Both the position numbers and the translations under genes were made by a program. Below, one piece after another: positions 1-13,400 of a stretch of DNA of 64,000 bases. The stretch comes from Anthoceros angustus (Eukaryota > Plantae > Anthocerotophyta), in contig MU008175.1 in NCBI GenBank assembly GCA_010909165.1, positions 1,128,971-1,192,970 of the forward strand, in the 5' to 3' direction. The stretch's first letter is position 1, and every line of letters starts with the position of its first letter. The notes beneath the pieces are model-generated. The model was not told the DNA's origin. It did no database searches and saw only the letters and a program-made list of their open reading frames with translations.

Positions 1-1261
1 GATGCTGTCACATGGAACGCTATGATAGCGGGATTTGCTCAGCATGGGCCTGGTCAAGAATCGCTGAAGCTCTTTTCGAGTATGCAAAAGGAAGGTATTG
101 TTCTACCAGATCACTCAACTTTTGTGTGCCTCTTGAAAGCGTGTGTCAGTATCGGGGTTTATCGTGAAGGTAGAAAGATTCATTCCAAGATTCGGGAGCG
201 AGATTTGCATGGTGATGTGGTCCTAGGCAATGGCCTGGTGGACCTGTATTCTAAATGTGGCAGCTTAGAGGATGCCCGCGGAGTGTTTGACGATCTGCCC
301 GTAAGAGACGTGGTAACGTGGAATGCCGTGTTCACTGGATATTCTCAGCAGGGGCTTGGGCAATAAGTCCTGACTCTATATGCAAGGATGCAGCAGGAAG
401 GCATCACTCCAGCCGATCAAATAACATTTGCCTGCGTGCTGAAAGCATGTGCCAGAGTTTGAGCTTTACGTTTGGGGAAGCAGCTGCATTCCCAGATTCA
501 AGATCAAGGATTAGAAAATGATTTGGTCCTCGGCAATTGCCTTTTATACATGTATGGAAAATGCGGCAACCTAGAGGACGCGCGAAATTTGTTTGACCGA
601 CTGCCCATGAAAGGCATAGCCCCCTGGAATGTCATGACTGTGGGATATGCCCAACATGGGCTTGGTGAAGAAGCCCTGCAATGTCATGAGAAAATGTTGA
701 TGGCTGGTATCAAACCCGATAAACTCACATTTCTTTCGCCTCTCTGCAGGCGACCATGTGGGCCTCGTGGACAAGGGTTTCGCTTACTTCCATTCCATGA
801 GCAAGGATTATGGCTTGACTGCAGAGATAGAGCACTAAGTGAGCATGGTAGACCTGTATGGACGTGCTGGATATTTCACACATGTAAAGGATCTTCTGTC
901 ATCTATGCCAATGCAGCCTGATCTGGCCACGTGGTTGTGTCTGTTGGGCGCCTGTCGCAAGCACGGGAATGTAGTTCTCGGACAGTGGGCCTTCTCTCAT
1001 GCTGTGCATTTGCAACCTGATCATGCGTCCACATATATCTTGATGTCGCACATTTATGCTGCTGCTTGTCATTTTGACTCCGCTCTGGAGGTGCATGGCC
1101 TAAGAGAGAAGGCAAGTGCATGGAAAACGCGAGGCCAGAGCTGGATTGAGCATGAACACGAACTACACAGGTCTTCGGGGGGAGATGTGCAGCATGCAGA
1201 TCACGAACAATTGTATGATTTGTTCCAAACGTTTCCCCCAAGCTCCAGAATGTCGAACTAG
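1..1261 (+). pseudogene. PLS-class PPR protein with E/E+ domain, pseudogene (5' part outside window)
   Basis: P/L/S motifs and an E/E+ end (WKTRGQSWIEHEHELH). In-frame stops at GQ* (364-366), V*A (~460) and EH*V (~836), plus a frameshift near 740-750. Confidence 0.85.
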
Positions 1262-2654
1262 ATTGTCGTGCTATACCGACTGTCCGGATAGTGCTTTGAC
1301 AAGTCATGCCACCGTCGACAAGTCATGCCACTGTCGTTTGCAGACATTCTCCCATATTGGGAAACTCGGCCACAAAGCCGCTCGACGCAAATGGTTGGCT
1401 GCATTCCAAAACACGGCGTGCTTCTATCGGATGCAACTAGCATTGCAAAATCTGACAAAGGTGGTGGAGAACGTGAACGAATATGACTCTCACTGGTTTC
1501 AGACTCGCACCGTCCTAAACAAACACCTTGTTATCATGTATTTTTCACCCTGACACCCAACGCCAGTGATTCCCACTTCTTTCCAAACAGACCGAAAAGC
1601 CTGTAGGTTATACACTGAGAGTTGAGGGTGGCCGAAGTTAGGACAACCTGGCCCAACCTAGCCCGTACCGTTCGACGCCAGTGATTTCCAAGGCTTTCCG
1701 CACAAACCGAAAAGCATGGCCATAGGTTTCGCATTATGTGGAGGTGAGACTGACTAAAGCCAGGAAGACGTAGCCTACCGTGTGCGCAACCGTGATCAAA
1801 AGACCATGACCATGGAAGTAAGCTCGCACGACGAGGCTTCGTAAAGCTTACTCTTCAAGAGAGACATGAAATCAGCGCTGAGGCCAACAAAATTGGAAAA
1901 TTTCAGTCATCAGAGACAATGGACTTTCAGGATGTCGTCGATGAAGGTTCTGTTTAACCAGAAACCATCAAACCCTACTGGCAGGATAGCCAGCACAGAG
2001 ACGCTCCCTAACCTAAAACTACGCCGTTGCTCCATGCTTCGGGAGGCGAGATCCCACGAGTCCTCCCTAACAGGCGAGTTCACCTAACACGCGAGCCACC
2101 CTCACAGACAAGCCCACCGCCGCACAGTGATCACGCCGATCCCGGCACCTTCAGCAGAAGTCGGAGCCTATTTGGATCGTTGCCTCATCTTTCTGCGCTT
2201 GCGCTTGAGACGGCGCATACGTTTTTTCTTCCACTGCAGACAGCCGCATCAAGGAAGTCAGTTGGGCGCACAGCAACCGAACACACCCTAGCAAAGCAGG
2301 CCATTTCTTTGCTGCCACTCTATCGAGATGTGCAGTACATCCTATTGTTCTGTGCCAACTGAGCTAGAGATGCAAGACTGAATGAGAGAGCGCCAAACCT
2401 TAGCCCTCATCTTCGACCACCAACGCAGACGGCGAGAAAATCAGCAGAAGCCGCAGAACAAAAACTAGAGGGAACAGGACAGTCCGCGGGTATTATAAGC
2501 AGATGACCAGAGGTACATACATTTATAGACCCTTCCAACCATGAAACCGAGAAAAACGCTCATTAATGTAATCGCTAAAAAAATAATCTATACAATAATA
2601 ACTAACCTAGGTATTGACGGGCTTGGTCTATCGTCTTGGCTTGCTTTTTTCAAC

Positions 2655-3200
2655 TTGTAGCTGCGGCCCCTCTCAAATGACTCGAGGACGCAGTTGTCTC
2701 GCTATCTCGCCGGTGGGCAGCGTATCGCTACGCATGACTTCGTTCGGGATATCCTATTCTATATGGCTATGGAAGGCGAGTTCTTTCCATTTAGGGAGCC
2801 CCCTTACACCTGCTCGACGAGATTTCGTTAGGGCTGATCTATTTTTGACCTTGGGGGATCAGGTTTCGTTGCTGATGTGGTTATAACAAATCCCACCCGG
2901 GATGGTGTGTGCGAACATGTTAACCTTAACCCTCCAAGTTGGGCAGCGGAGGGATGCACGACGGCTAAGGTCCACAAGTACTCTCCTGTGCAGGACGGCT
3001 ACGCCTTCGTCCCCCTTGCCATCGAGACTCATGGAGCTATGGGCAAGGATTTCTCAAGGTTCGTCAAGGCCTGCGTTAAGGCTTATCACAGCCTCAAGAA
3101 TGGGGTTGGCCTCCCCCTTTCTTGTATTGCTACTTTCTTCCGGCGGAGGGTTTCCACTACAGAGGGCGTTGGTCAACGTAGTGTACAGAACAACAGCGAG
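2655..3200 (+). mobile_element. Degenerate 3' end of an RLE-type (CRE-like) non-LTR retrotransposon
   Basis: Across frameshifts it reads CSCG...GGQRIATHDFVRDIL...RADL...ADVVITNP...AA...AKVHKY...FVPLAIETHGAMG. This matches the zinc-knuckle plus restriction-like endonuclease signature (R..HD, RxD, D, KxxKY, FxPxxxETxG). Confidence 0.75.
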
Positions 3201-3574
3201 CGTAGGAGATGCAGCTTCTTCGACACCGGAGGTAAGCTTTTCACATCCCTGACCACGAAGTTCTCCGGGTGGTTGGTAGTTTTGAAATGCGTGATCGTGG
3301 GAGCTACTCCCCTGGCGTGGTGCCCTTCGTTGGGATTTCCCCCCTTTGTGTTTTGAGGTGGATGGGTTTTTTCCATCTCTTTTTTATAAAAAGTCTTCTT
3401 TTCCGTTGGTATTTACAGGACCTAGTCTCAAGTCATTAATCTGTCCTCCCTTGTAGACTGATATTTTTGAGGATCCGCTTGTTGTTGCAATTGAGTTTGA
3501 CGGTCGGTTGCATACGCACGTGACAATTTTGTGTGCCTTTTCATTTCGAAAGGGTTCTTCCCAATTGATTATAC

Positions 3575-3822
3575 CTTTCTGTGCTTTGGATGATGGGCTA
3601 AACGTTTTGAAGGCAAGGACCACTTTGTAGGATTGAGTGTGACTTTCCGTGCTTTGGATGATCGGCTAAAGCTTTTGAAGGCAAGGACTACTTTGCGGGG
3701 AACAAGTTTGTACGTTAATGATATCTTACACCGATGCAATAGCAACATAAGAAGGAGAAATTGATGATCGGCTAAAGGTTTTGAAGGCAAGGACTACTTT
3801 GTGGGAAACAATTTTGTACGTT
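3575..3822. repeat. Three imperfect copies of a ~45-70 bp unit
   Basis: gatgat(c/g)ggctaaa...ttttgaaggcaaggac(c/t)actttg at ~3589, ~3657 and ~3763. Confidence 0.8.
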
Positions 3823-4889
3823 TTAAGGCTGCTCGTGGTGTGGGGTTCAAGTGACATTTCTTCATAGACATTAGTTGGTTATTTTTAATTCTCGTCTCCG
3901 AACTTTTTCTGACACAGTTGATTGATTGATTGATTGGGTTGGGTTTCTATTTGCATTACTTTCCTAATAGAGATTAGTTGGCTATTTTTAATTCTCGGAC
4001 ATAAATATCATCGTTGTTGTCGTTGTTGACATCTAGACACGGGCCCATTGCAACTCCACATTCAAGCTCCCTTGCGTCAAATCATTGTTAAGATGGGTTT
4101 TACCCATTCCTTGCTGTAAAAGAGCCTTAAAGGGCCGCTTGTTGCCAAAAAATGCTCTGCCAAAAATCCTTATTGACTGCCTATTGTAAAGCCTTTTTGG
4201 ACTACTCCGAATTAAATCCACAATCGACAATTCACTTCTAAAAATAAAAGATCATTAATCCTTGAAGCAAGCTCTTCATCGCGATTAGAAGCTGTAGGGA
4301 GGGAGGAAGTGAAACAGGAAAGGATGTGTTGACACCTAGGTTTGATCTCCTTGTATCAAACAATGTTATCCTCACCGTCTTGCCTCGTTTTTTTTAGGAT
4401 GGACCGGGAGACCAATAGAGAATGTGTGAGGACGGCTCGGGATGCGGGCATTCGTTAAATGCTTACCACCAGTTGCTTGCAACATCTCGAACTCGTCTTT
4501 TCCTCATGTACTTACGAGTAGTTGCTTGCAACCTCTCAAACTCCTCTTTTCCTCTTGCTCTAGGAGGTGAAGTGGTCCTTGATGCCTTGCGCGAGGGCAC
4601 GGTGGTAGAAGGTGCCCTTGACGAGGTCCATTTTATCATCCGTTAATATAAATAAGGTAAGTAGTGAGGGATACCTGAAGTGAAAGATGACTAACTGCTC
4701 GCGGTGGGGGAAGTGGATAGGAAAAAGAAGAGGAAGTGAAAGGGGAATATGTTGATCCATAATAGGTTTAAACCTAAGATCCAAACCAAAACCTATGTTT
4801 ATTTTTTGTACTATTGGCTTAATGTTTGGACAGCTGTACTAAGGGCACCATGCCCCAGTCAGGGGTTCTTTTGAGTCATATGGAGTCGT

Positions 4890-5316
4890 ATTTGGTAAAC
4901 AAATAGTTGTCATACAGGGATGTGGTTATGAGAGTGAGGTAAGATAAAATAAATTCATAGTTGTCAAAGAAGGGGTGCAGTTATGAGGATGGGGTAAGAA
5001 GAGAGAGCTGTGGCTTCATGATAAAGCCATCTTTGCAAGTGTGGTATGGTCAAGATAAACAAATAGTGGTCCAAAAGGGGGTGTCGTCATGATCATGAGG
5101 GTGGAGTGAGAAAACAAAGATGCAAGGTGATAGTAGTCAAGATAAACAAATCGTTATAAAAAAGGGGGTATAATTATGAGGGTGGGGTGAAAGGGGAGAG
5201 ATGCAGCTCCTTATTATAGTCCATGTTGCAAGTGCGTATGGGAATGATAAGAAAACAATTATGAGAGAGGGGGTCTAGGGCATGATAAGAAAACAGATGT
5301 GAGAGAGGGGGTCCGC
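4890..5316. repeat. Degenerate minisatellite-like repeats, probably TE-derived
   Basis: About four copies of taaacaaatagt...gggg...atgag.gtg.ggt, followed by a 38-bp duplication (atgataagaaaaca...tgagagagggggtc x2). Confidence 0.6.
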
Positions 5317-6116
5317 TAAAGTGGTGTTAAAACATGTTGCAATATGTTATTGAACTAAAGTATACATACTGAAAGATGGTTTCACGTTTTATAAGATGTG
5401 TGCTCTTCTCGCACAAACTTGACATGAAGCGTACGAAAATATTGCAATTTGGAAGTGTTACAGCAAATTGCAACTACGATTGTAACTTGACTACTAACCT
5501 TTTTCTAATAGGGACAACATGCATATCCATAGCATTGATCTGACAATCCTCCATCGAATTGGAATGTGGAGACAATTTAGACTGCACAACTTTGATCGTG
5601 TGTAGCATGGATAGCTCATTGAAGCTGCGGACATCGCCTATTCCATCCACGGTCACCGCTTTCTCGTTGAAGTGATCAAGATTTGCATCTGCCTTCTTTC
5701 TCAATCGTTGATTGTGTCTCCATGAGCATAGGGGAGGGGGCCAGAAAATGAGTTTGAAAACAGCGTAGCATGCTGCTAGGTTTTGTTCACTGGGTACCTC
5801 GGGAACGCCATCACACCATGGTGGACTAGGTAGACATAATTCTCGTGTTGTTGTCTGTCCGTTTCCTTGCATCTGTATATGCAGATAAGTGATGAACTGG
5901 AGCGTAGAGTAGGTCGAATCTTGTGGGGTGCGTAAGTCTGACGTGGGAAGAGACTGCCAGTTGGGCAAAGCACGGTACTACTATATGCACATCCTGCGAC
6001 GGGCCCTGCGAAGTGCGCCCTGCGAGCTCGAAGGAGGCAGGGACTTGGTGGCGGTGGTTGTTGATGTTGGTGAAGGCAGGAAGGCAGGAGGGCAGGAAGG
6101 CAGGAAGGGGCTGGAC

Positions 6117-9100
6117 ATGGCCAGCGGCGGGAGCGGCGTGCTGGTGGTGCCGCCATTCGACTGCGCGTGGCTCATGAGCGACGAGCTGCGGCTGGCGCAC
6201 GCAGGCCGCGGGTGCGTGGCGTTCGAAGCTCGGGCGGAGAACGACGTGACGGTGGTGTTCAAGGAGCACGCCGGGTGCAAGCACTACCGCACGGACACGG
6301 GGCCCAACTACACGGTGGTGCTGGGCAGCCACCGCAACCGCAGGCTCAAAATCGAGGTGGACGGGCGCGCCGTGGTGGACGTCCCGGGCTCCCTCCTCTG
6401 CCCCTCCCTCTTCGAGCGCTACTGGATCAGCGTGCACGACGGGCTCATCAGCGTGGGCAAGGGCGACCCCGGCAAGGGCGCCGTGCACCGCTGGCTGGAC
6501 GCGCACCCCAAGTGCAACCTCCGCTTCGTCGGCCTCAGCAGCTGGGACAAGCATGTGGCCTATCGCAACATCCGGGTGCTCCCCACCTCCTGCTCCCCGC
6601 CGCCCCGCCGCGCCCCGCCCCCACCACCTCGGCCTCTCCCAATTCTTGGACTCCCCGACCTCGCCGACGCCCGCTTCCTCGTCGGCGCCGCCGCCAGGTC
6701 GTCCTCTCCCACCGCGTTCTGCTCCACGCCTGCTCCCTCTCCCTGCTGCCGCTTTGGAGGACGCCATTGCGCTGCCGGATGTGGACTACCCCGTGCTGCG
6801 TGCTCTGCTCGAGTACATCTACGTCGGCCGAGCTAAGGTTTTGCTTTCCTTCCCCGATTCTGATTCTCATTCTGCTGGTGATGCCTAGCAGACTGAACCT
6901 CCTGCCGGCCCGCCTGCTGCCAGATCTCGGAGTCACAGGTCCCGCAGCTCCAGCGGCTGGCGCAGCAATTCGGCCCGCCTTCCCTGCTCCAATACTGCGA
7001 GCAGCGCCTGGCAGAGCATTCTTCTGATCCCTCCGACAGCCTCCTGCTGGAATTCACGTGTCCCGCTGCAGCAGAATGTGTGGACGATTCCTCCTCCTCC
7101 TGCGGGTGTCTCCGGGAACCGGCTGTTGCGGAGAAGCTGAGGGTTTTTCGAGAGGAGGATCACCTCTGCGACGTGGAGCTTTTGGTTGATGGTCACGGAA
7201 AGGTTGCTCAGGCTCACAAGTTGGTGTTGAGTGCCTGGAGCGCTCCCTTCGCTAAGGTTTGTTGTGTTGCATGCATGTGCTTTGAGAGTTCGCACGGTTT
7301 CGTGGCTGGATTCTCACCGTTATCTGACTTCAGATGTTCAACAACGGGATGGTCGAGAGCAACAAGGCCCAGGTTTCCATCAAGGACGTCACCCCTGCCC
7401 CGTTCAAGGCCATGATCGACTTTTTTTATACCGGCCAAGTGGATTTGGATGGGGCATTGCTTCTTCCCTTGTTGTCTCTGGCGGACCAGTTTGGGATTTC
7501 GGCCCTTCGACAAGAGTGTTGTGACCGGCTGCTGGAGTGCCTTACAGAGGTTAGTGTGCTACACCTTCTCTTGGCTGCATCGCTGGATCCTGGCAGGACA
7601 GGGGCACAGGCGCTTCACGATGAATGCATCCTGCATCTGGCCAGCTGGCCATCCCAATTTATCTGAAAGCTTGCGCTCATAAACCCTGAAAATCCTCTCC
7701 GGGCGGCCTTTTTGTGACTCAGAAATGTCTAAACTGCCAAGCCTTGTCCCCTTGTCCCTGGCCTGGTTCTCGAGGCTGGGGACCGCAAGCCTTGCCTTTC
7801 TCGTAGAAGAACGTACTTGTGAGATGCTTAGAAGTACCCTTCCTGGTGTTATGCACAGGGATTATTGCATCACCAGCCTTCAGTAAACTTGCTGCACACA
7901 CATATGCAGGACACTGGCTGCGGCTACTGTGATGCAACTTGTGGCGTTGTCTTTTGGTCCAGGAGACATAGGACCACTCTCCTTCTATGGATAAGTATTT
8001 GTATCAGGGGAGCCTCGTGCTACAGCTGACACGGACGTGTGCTACTTTGCAGGATTCTGTGACTGTTATTCTTCAGGTCGCAGCAGAGCTGCCTGGCTGT
8101 GATTCTCTGCGAGATGCATGTGAGGAATGTTTTGCCAAGCATTTTGATTACTGCACTGTACCACCTGCTCTGGAGTTTAAAGAGCTAGAAGGAGAGTGTC
8201 TGATGAGAATACTGCAGGTTCGTCTGCACTAAGCCCACCAAACAGCTTGCTGCGCTAAAAGTAGTAAGAGCCAATTCTTTGATCTAATGCGCTATCCGCT
8301 AGACCCTTAACAAGCGTCTCGTTAGCGGATTTTGTTCGCACAAGATTTCCTATAGTCTCTTCTGACATGCATCCTTTGTTTTCCGCTGTCGTTTTTTCAC
8401 AGCATCCAGATGTATGGGTATCATCTGAAGAAAGAGTCCTAGATGCTGTGTTGACGTGGGGAGCAAATAAGGATGGCATATGTGGTTGGGAAGATGCGTG
8501 TAGTTATCTGGAACTGCCCACAAACGATGGTCTTTTTCAAGGAAGATTGGAGGAATTGCAACTCATGCTTCAACTTGTGAGGTTTCCTTTGATGCCAGTG
8601 CAACTGCTTCAGAAGGTAGGCTTTTTTTGCTGAAAAGCTGTTGAATCAGTTTTCTAAAGCAAACTACAGTGTGCGTTGATGTTCCATTTAGTGATGGGCC
8701 TTGGACCCTAGGCAGTCGAATGACTGGTTGTGCTATGGGCAAAACTGCACGAGTGGTTACTTAGCATAGATCAGGGTGTTTAATTCTTCAATGTCCTGAT
8801 TGCAGTTGGAGTCAACCCATCTGAGCAAGTACTTACCAGTTATACATGAGTTGGTAAGTTGCTGACTGGCGCTATTGAGAATGACCTCCATGCTCTACAA
8901 TGTGACAATGCAGCTGAAACTCTAACTGATGCAGGTCAGTGAAGCCATAGATTATCTGGGACAAGACGCTTTAACTTCCATCCGGGAAAGGTAGGCACAC
9001 ATTCTACCACCCTGTGGACAAGCCTGCACCTTCTGCTTGCTTTGTGCTTACGGGTCTCCACAACTCGTGCAGGGATGCATCGCACAAAGTGGATGTGAAA

Positions 9101-10036
9101 ACGCAAGGCAGACTTGTGAAAATTCAGACGAGGAGCATACGATTTAATCGACGTCTTTCAGCCTACAAAGAGCTGATGTACATGAGTGATGGCGATCGCA
9201 ATGGTGTGTTCTATTATGCAGGAACCTCTTATGGAATTCATTCCTGGATGAATCCTGCTGTTATCAAGGTTGGATGAATCAGATTGGAATCTTGTTTCGT
9301 GCAGCCAGTGGCAGCAATCATGAATGATGCCAGAGATGGATCCTTGTGCTGCAGACGATAACCGTAACAGCAAGCAGTCCACCATCTCGGTATACTGATC
9401 CCAAGGCGCTGGTTTCAGGCAACTACCAGGTATGACGTTTACAGTTGTTGGGACCATATCTTAGCTGGTGTTCATGGGACTCACTTGGTTTGCACTATCA
9501 GGGGACATCGTTTGCCAGTCCATGCACGGTGAATGGAGTGACGTCAGCGTGGTGGAAGGTTGATCTTGGAGAGGATCATCAGGTGAGTTGGCTTCAACTG
9601 TTATCCCGAACAAAGTAGGCCCGGGCTCCTTTTCAATCCGGGTTTCGCTTACCATACGCTGCTTGCAGCTCATGTGCAACTACTACACGTTAAGGCAGGA
9701 CGGATCGACAAATTTTCCGCGATCATGGAGCTTACAGGTTAGCATGTGGCGAATTCAGAAAATTTCGTTGCGAGCAGGTACCCACTGTAAAAGTGCTTAC
9801 ATGTTTCACATGAGCAGGGTTCCATGGACGGCTTGGTATGGACAGAGTTGAGGACTCATGAAGACGACCAGACAATCTGCCGCCCTGGTCAGTATGCGTC
9901 ATGGCCAGTCTACGGTGCTGGAGCCTGCTTCCCATTCAGATGTTTCCGGATTGTGCTTACCGGGCCTACAAGGGGAATCTCACATTCCTGGAATCTGTGT
10001 CTATGTTATCTGGAGTTGTATGGTTACTTTCGGTAG
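6117..10036 (+). CDS. BTB/POZ protein (N-terminal FAMeT-like domain, two BTB domains, BACK, C-terminal F5/8-like domain), At2g30600-like; 12 exons
   Basis: GT-AG exons ~6117-6837, 6924-7256, 7334-7549, 8053-8217, 8403-8615, 8806-8853, 8935-8990, 9073-9268, 9355-9429, 9502-9582, 9669-9737, 9818-10036. Motifs: VAFEARAENDVTVVF, AHKLVLSAWSAPFAKMF, DGDRNGVFYYAG, WWKVDLG, LELYGYF. Exon 1 contains several apparent 1-nt frameshifts. Confidence 0.9.
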
Positions 10037-10429
10037 CTCCGCTGCTTCGGAGCTTGTAATTGATTTGTACATTATAAGTAGATTAGTCACCTAATAGGTC
10101 ATCAACCAGATTGCTCTGATTTTTTTGCTCGGACGGGTTGCGACGAGCTGTAGATTCATCATGGCTATGAAGCCGCATTTGCTTGGACTATTTTCTCGTC
10201 GGTTGACTTCACAACCTGAGAACGTCCTGGGATATACAGTCCACCTGTATCCGATACTCAAATAGTGCTCACTTCAGGAGTTTCGACGCTGTGAACCTGT
10301 CTATCGCTTAGTTGGTTCTCCATGTTTCCAAGCAGCTGGCATGATCGAAGCGCATCATATGGCTGGTAGCGGCCAGCAAAGGGCCGGCCCCTCACTCATG
10401 CAAACCTTTAGCTGGTTTTCTTGCAAGCT

Positions 10430-13400
10430 ATGGCTCTGCGGAGATCATCTGCTCTTCTAGGAAGAGGTCCCGCTCAATTAGCTTCAAGGAACCAAGCGCT
10501 TGCAAACAACGAAGCCGTGACCTGGGCGACCATCGTTCCTGGACTCCGCCGAGATAAGCAGAAGTTCCAGGAGGCGGCTCGTCTTGCTCCTACTTCCGAC
10601 TGGAGAGTGTTGGATGATGGTGACGCCCGCAGGCCTGCTGCCCACCAGAGGAGTACGACGGCTGATGCCGTAAGCACACTATGCAAGACGGGGCAGCTAG
10701 CGGAGGCCGTTGAGGCCCTGGGGGTTTTGGTGCTCACTGACTGTCAGATTGCGAAGTTTCTCTTCTACACAGTTGTAAAACAATGTGTGGCCGTTAAGGA
10801 TCTGTCTCTGGGTCGCCGTGTTCATGCTCTCACTGTGAAGAAGGGGTATGAGTCGGACACGTTCTTGGGCAACCACATTTTGCGAATGTATGCTTCCCAT
10901 GCCACGTTGCAGGAAGCCATGGATGTGTTCACCATGGTTGCCAAACCAGATGCCTTCACGTGGTCTGCCATAATTTCTGCTCATGTGCAACACGGACAGG
11001 ATAAGCAGGCCATAGAACTATATGATCGGATGCGTAGGTCAAGTGTCAAGCCGGATGGCCATGTGTTCGTGGCAGCCCTCCAGGCTTGTGCGAGGGGAGC
11101 AGACTTGAAGTTTGGGCAGCAGGTGCATGCTGAGGTGCTGGCTGCTGGCGTGGAGCATGATTTGTTTGTCTCTAGTTGCCTGGTGGACATGTATGCGAAG
11201 TGTGGCAGCTTGGCAGATGCTCAGAGAGTGTTTGATGGGCTTTTTCAAAAAAATGTGGTGACATGGAGCACTATGATAGCAGGGTATTCCCAACAGGGGA
11301 TGGGGCAGGAAGCCCTTCATCTGTACAGGGCCATGCAACAAGAAGGCATTGTGGCCCCTGATAGTATGACATTCGTGTCCCTCCTGCAGGCTTGTGCAAG
11401 TGTGGGCGCCCCAGCGTTGGAAGAGGGAAGGCGCCTACACGCCCAAGTTAGAGAACGAGGCCATCAAGCGGATGTGTTTGTGGCCAACAGTCTGGTCAAC
11501 ATGTATGCAAAGTGTGGCAGCCTCGAGGATGCTCGGGGTGTGTTCGACAGACTTGGTAAAAAAACCGTGGTGTCGTGGAATGCTATGATATCAGGATACT
11601 CTCAGCAAGGCAGAGGGCAGGAAGCTCTTCATCTTTTCAGTGCAATGCAAGAAGAATGCGTGACTGGTCCAAACTCTGTGACGTTTGTGTGCCTCCTGCA
11701 GGCATGTGCAAGCATGGGCACTACTGCTTTGGAGAAGGGGAGGGAGCTTCATGCACACGCCAAAGAGCGAGGGCTTCAAGCTCATCTAGCTGTGGGCGGG
11801 AGCCTAGTAAACATGTACGCAAAGTGTGGCAGCTTAGAGGATGCTCGGGGTGTGTTTGATGGACTTAGTCAGAAGAATGTGGTGACCTGGAATGCCATGT
11901 TGGCAGGATACTCCCAGAAGGGCAGGGGGCATGAAGCCCTTGACATTTACAGAAGCATGCAAGAAGAAGGTGTGGTTGAACCCGATTCTGTGACATTTGT
12001 GACCCTCCTGCAGGCATGTGCAAGTGTGGGTACCCAGGCTTTGGAGAAGGGAAAGCAGCTCCATTCACACATTGAAGATCGAGGGTTTCAGGCAGATGTA
12101 TTTGTAGGCAACAGCTTGGTGAACATGTATGCAAAGTGTGGCAGCCTAGATGATGCTCAGGGTCTGTTTGACAGGCTTCCTCAGAAAGACGTGGTGACAT
12201 GGAATGCCATGATCGCAGGTTTCTCCCAGAAGGGAATGGGACTGGAAGCGTTTCATCTTTTCAATATTATGCAACAACAAGACGGGTCTGCTCCGAATTC
12301 TGTGACGTTTGTGTCCATCCTGCAGGCATGTGCAAGTATAGGCAACCAGGCGTTGGATAAAGGGAAGGAGCTTCATGCACAAATTAGACAACGAGGACTT
12401 GAAGCAGACATATTTGTAGCTAGCAGTTTGGTAGACATGTATGCAAAGTGTGGCAGCCTAGAGGATGCTCGCGGCATGTTTGACAGACTTGGAAACAAAA
12501 ATGTTGTAACGTGGAGTGCCATGATAGCAGGATATTCCCAGCAGGGAATGGGACTCGAAGCCCTTGGTCTGTACAGGGCTATGCAAGATGAGGGCATCGT
12601 TGCACCCAATTCTGTGACTTTTGTATGCCTTCTTCATGCATGTGCAAGTGTGGCGGCTTTGAATGTTGGAAGGCAGATTCATGGACAGATAATAGATCAA
12701 GGGCTTCAAGATGATGTCAATGTAAGCAACAGTTTAATAAACATGTATGCAAAGTCAGGTAGCATGGTTGATGCACAGCAGGTGTTTGATGCGTTATCCG
12801 AAAGAGATGTTATCACCTGGGGTGGACTGATTGCAGGATACACCCGCCAAGGCAACAGTGAAAGGGTTTTTGACTTGGTCCTCAGGATGAAAGAGGAAAG
12901 CATAAAGCCAGATGGCATCACGTTCATCAGTGTTCTTACAGTATGCAGTCATACAGGTCTGGTGAACAAGGGGCAAAAGTACTTCGAAGATATGACCAGA
13001 CAGCATGGCATAAGTCCCACGGCAGACCACTATGCCTGCATGGTGGATCTCCTGGGTCGTGCAGGACAACTGGATGAGGCACTAGCTTTGGTAAGGACAA
13101 TGCCTGTAGTGCCTAATGCTGCAGTGTGGCACACTCTATTAGGTGCTTGTCGAAAGTGGGGCAACGTGGAGGTGGGATGCCATGCTTTCGAAGAAGCAGT
13201 CAAGCTAGACAAGCAAGATGCAGCAGCTTATGTGTTGATGTCAAATATATACCTAGATGCCCAGATGTGGGAGCAGGCACAGGAGACACAGGCGAGGAGG
13301 AGAGGACTTGGGGCATGGAAGCAGCCTGGTCAGAGCTGGTGGACAGACATGGAAGGATTTGTGCATAGTTTTTTGGTTGGGGATAAGAAGCATCTCGAGG

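Noticed and set aside
300-840. Stops in the PPR pseudogene being repaired by U-to-C editing
   Set aside because: Restoring the consensus needs GAA, GGA and TAY, not CAA or CGA, and such editing is organellar rather than nuclear.
1340-2600. Possible TE or Myb/SANT-like remnant (KKWESL, RWHDL on the minus strand)
   Set aside because: The motifs are too short and broken to support a call.
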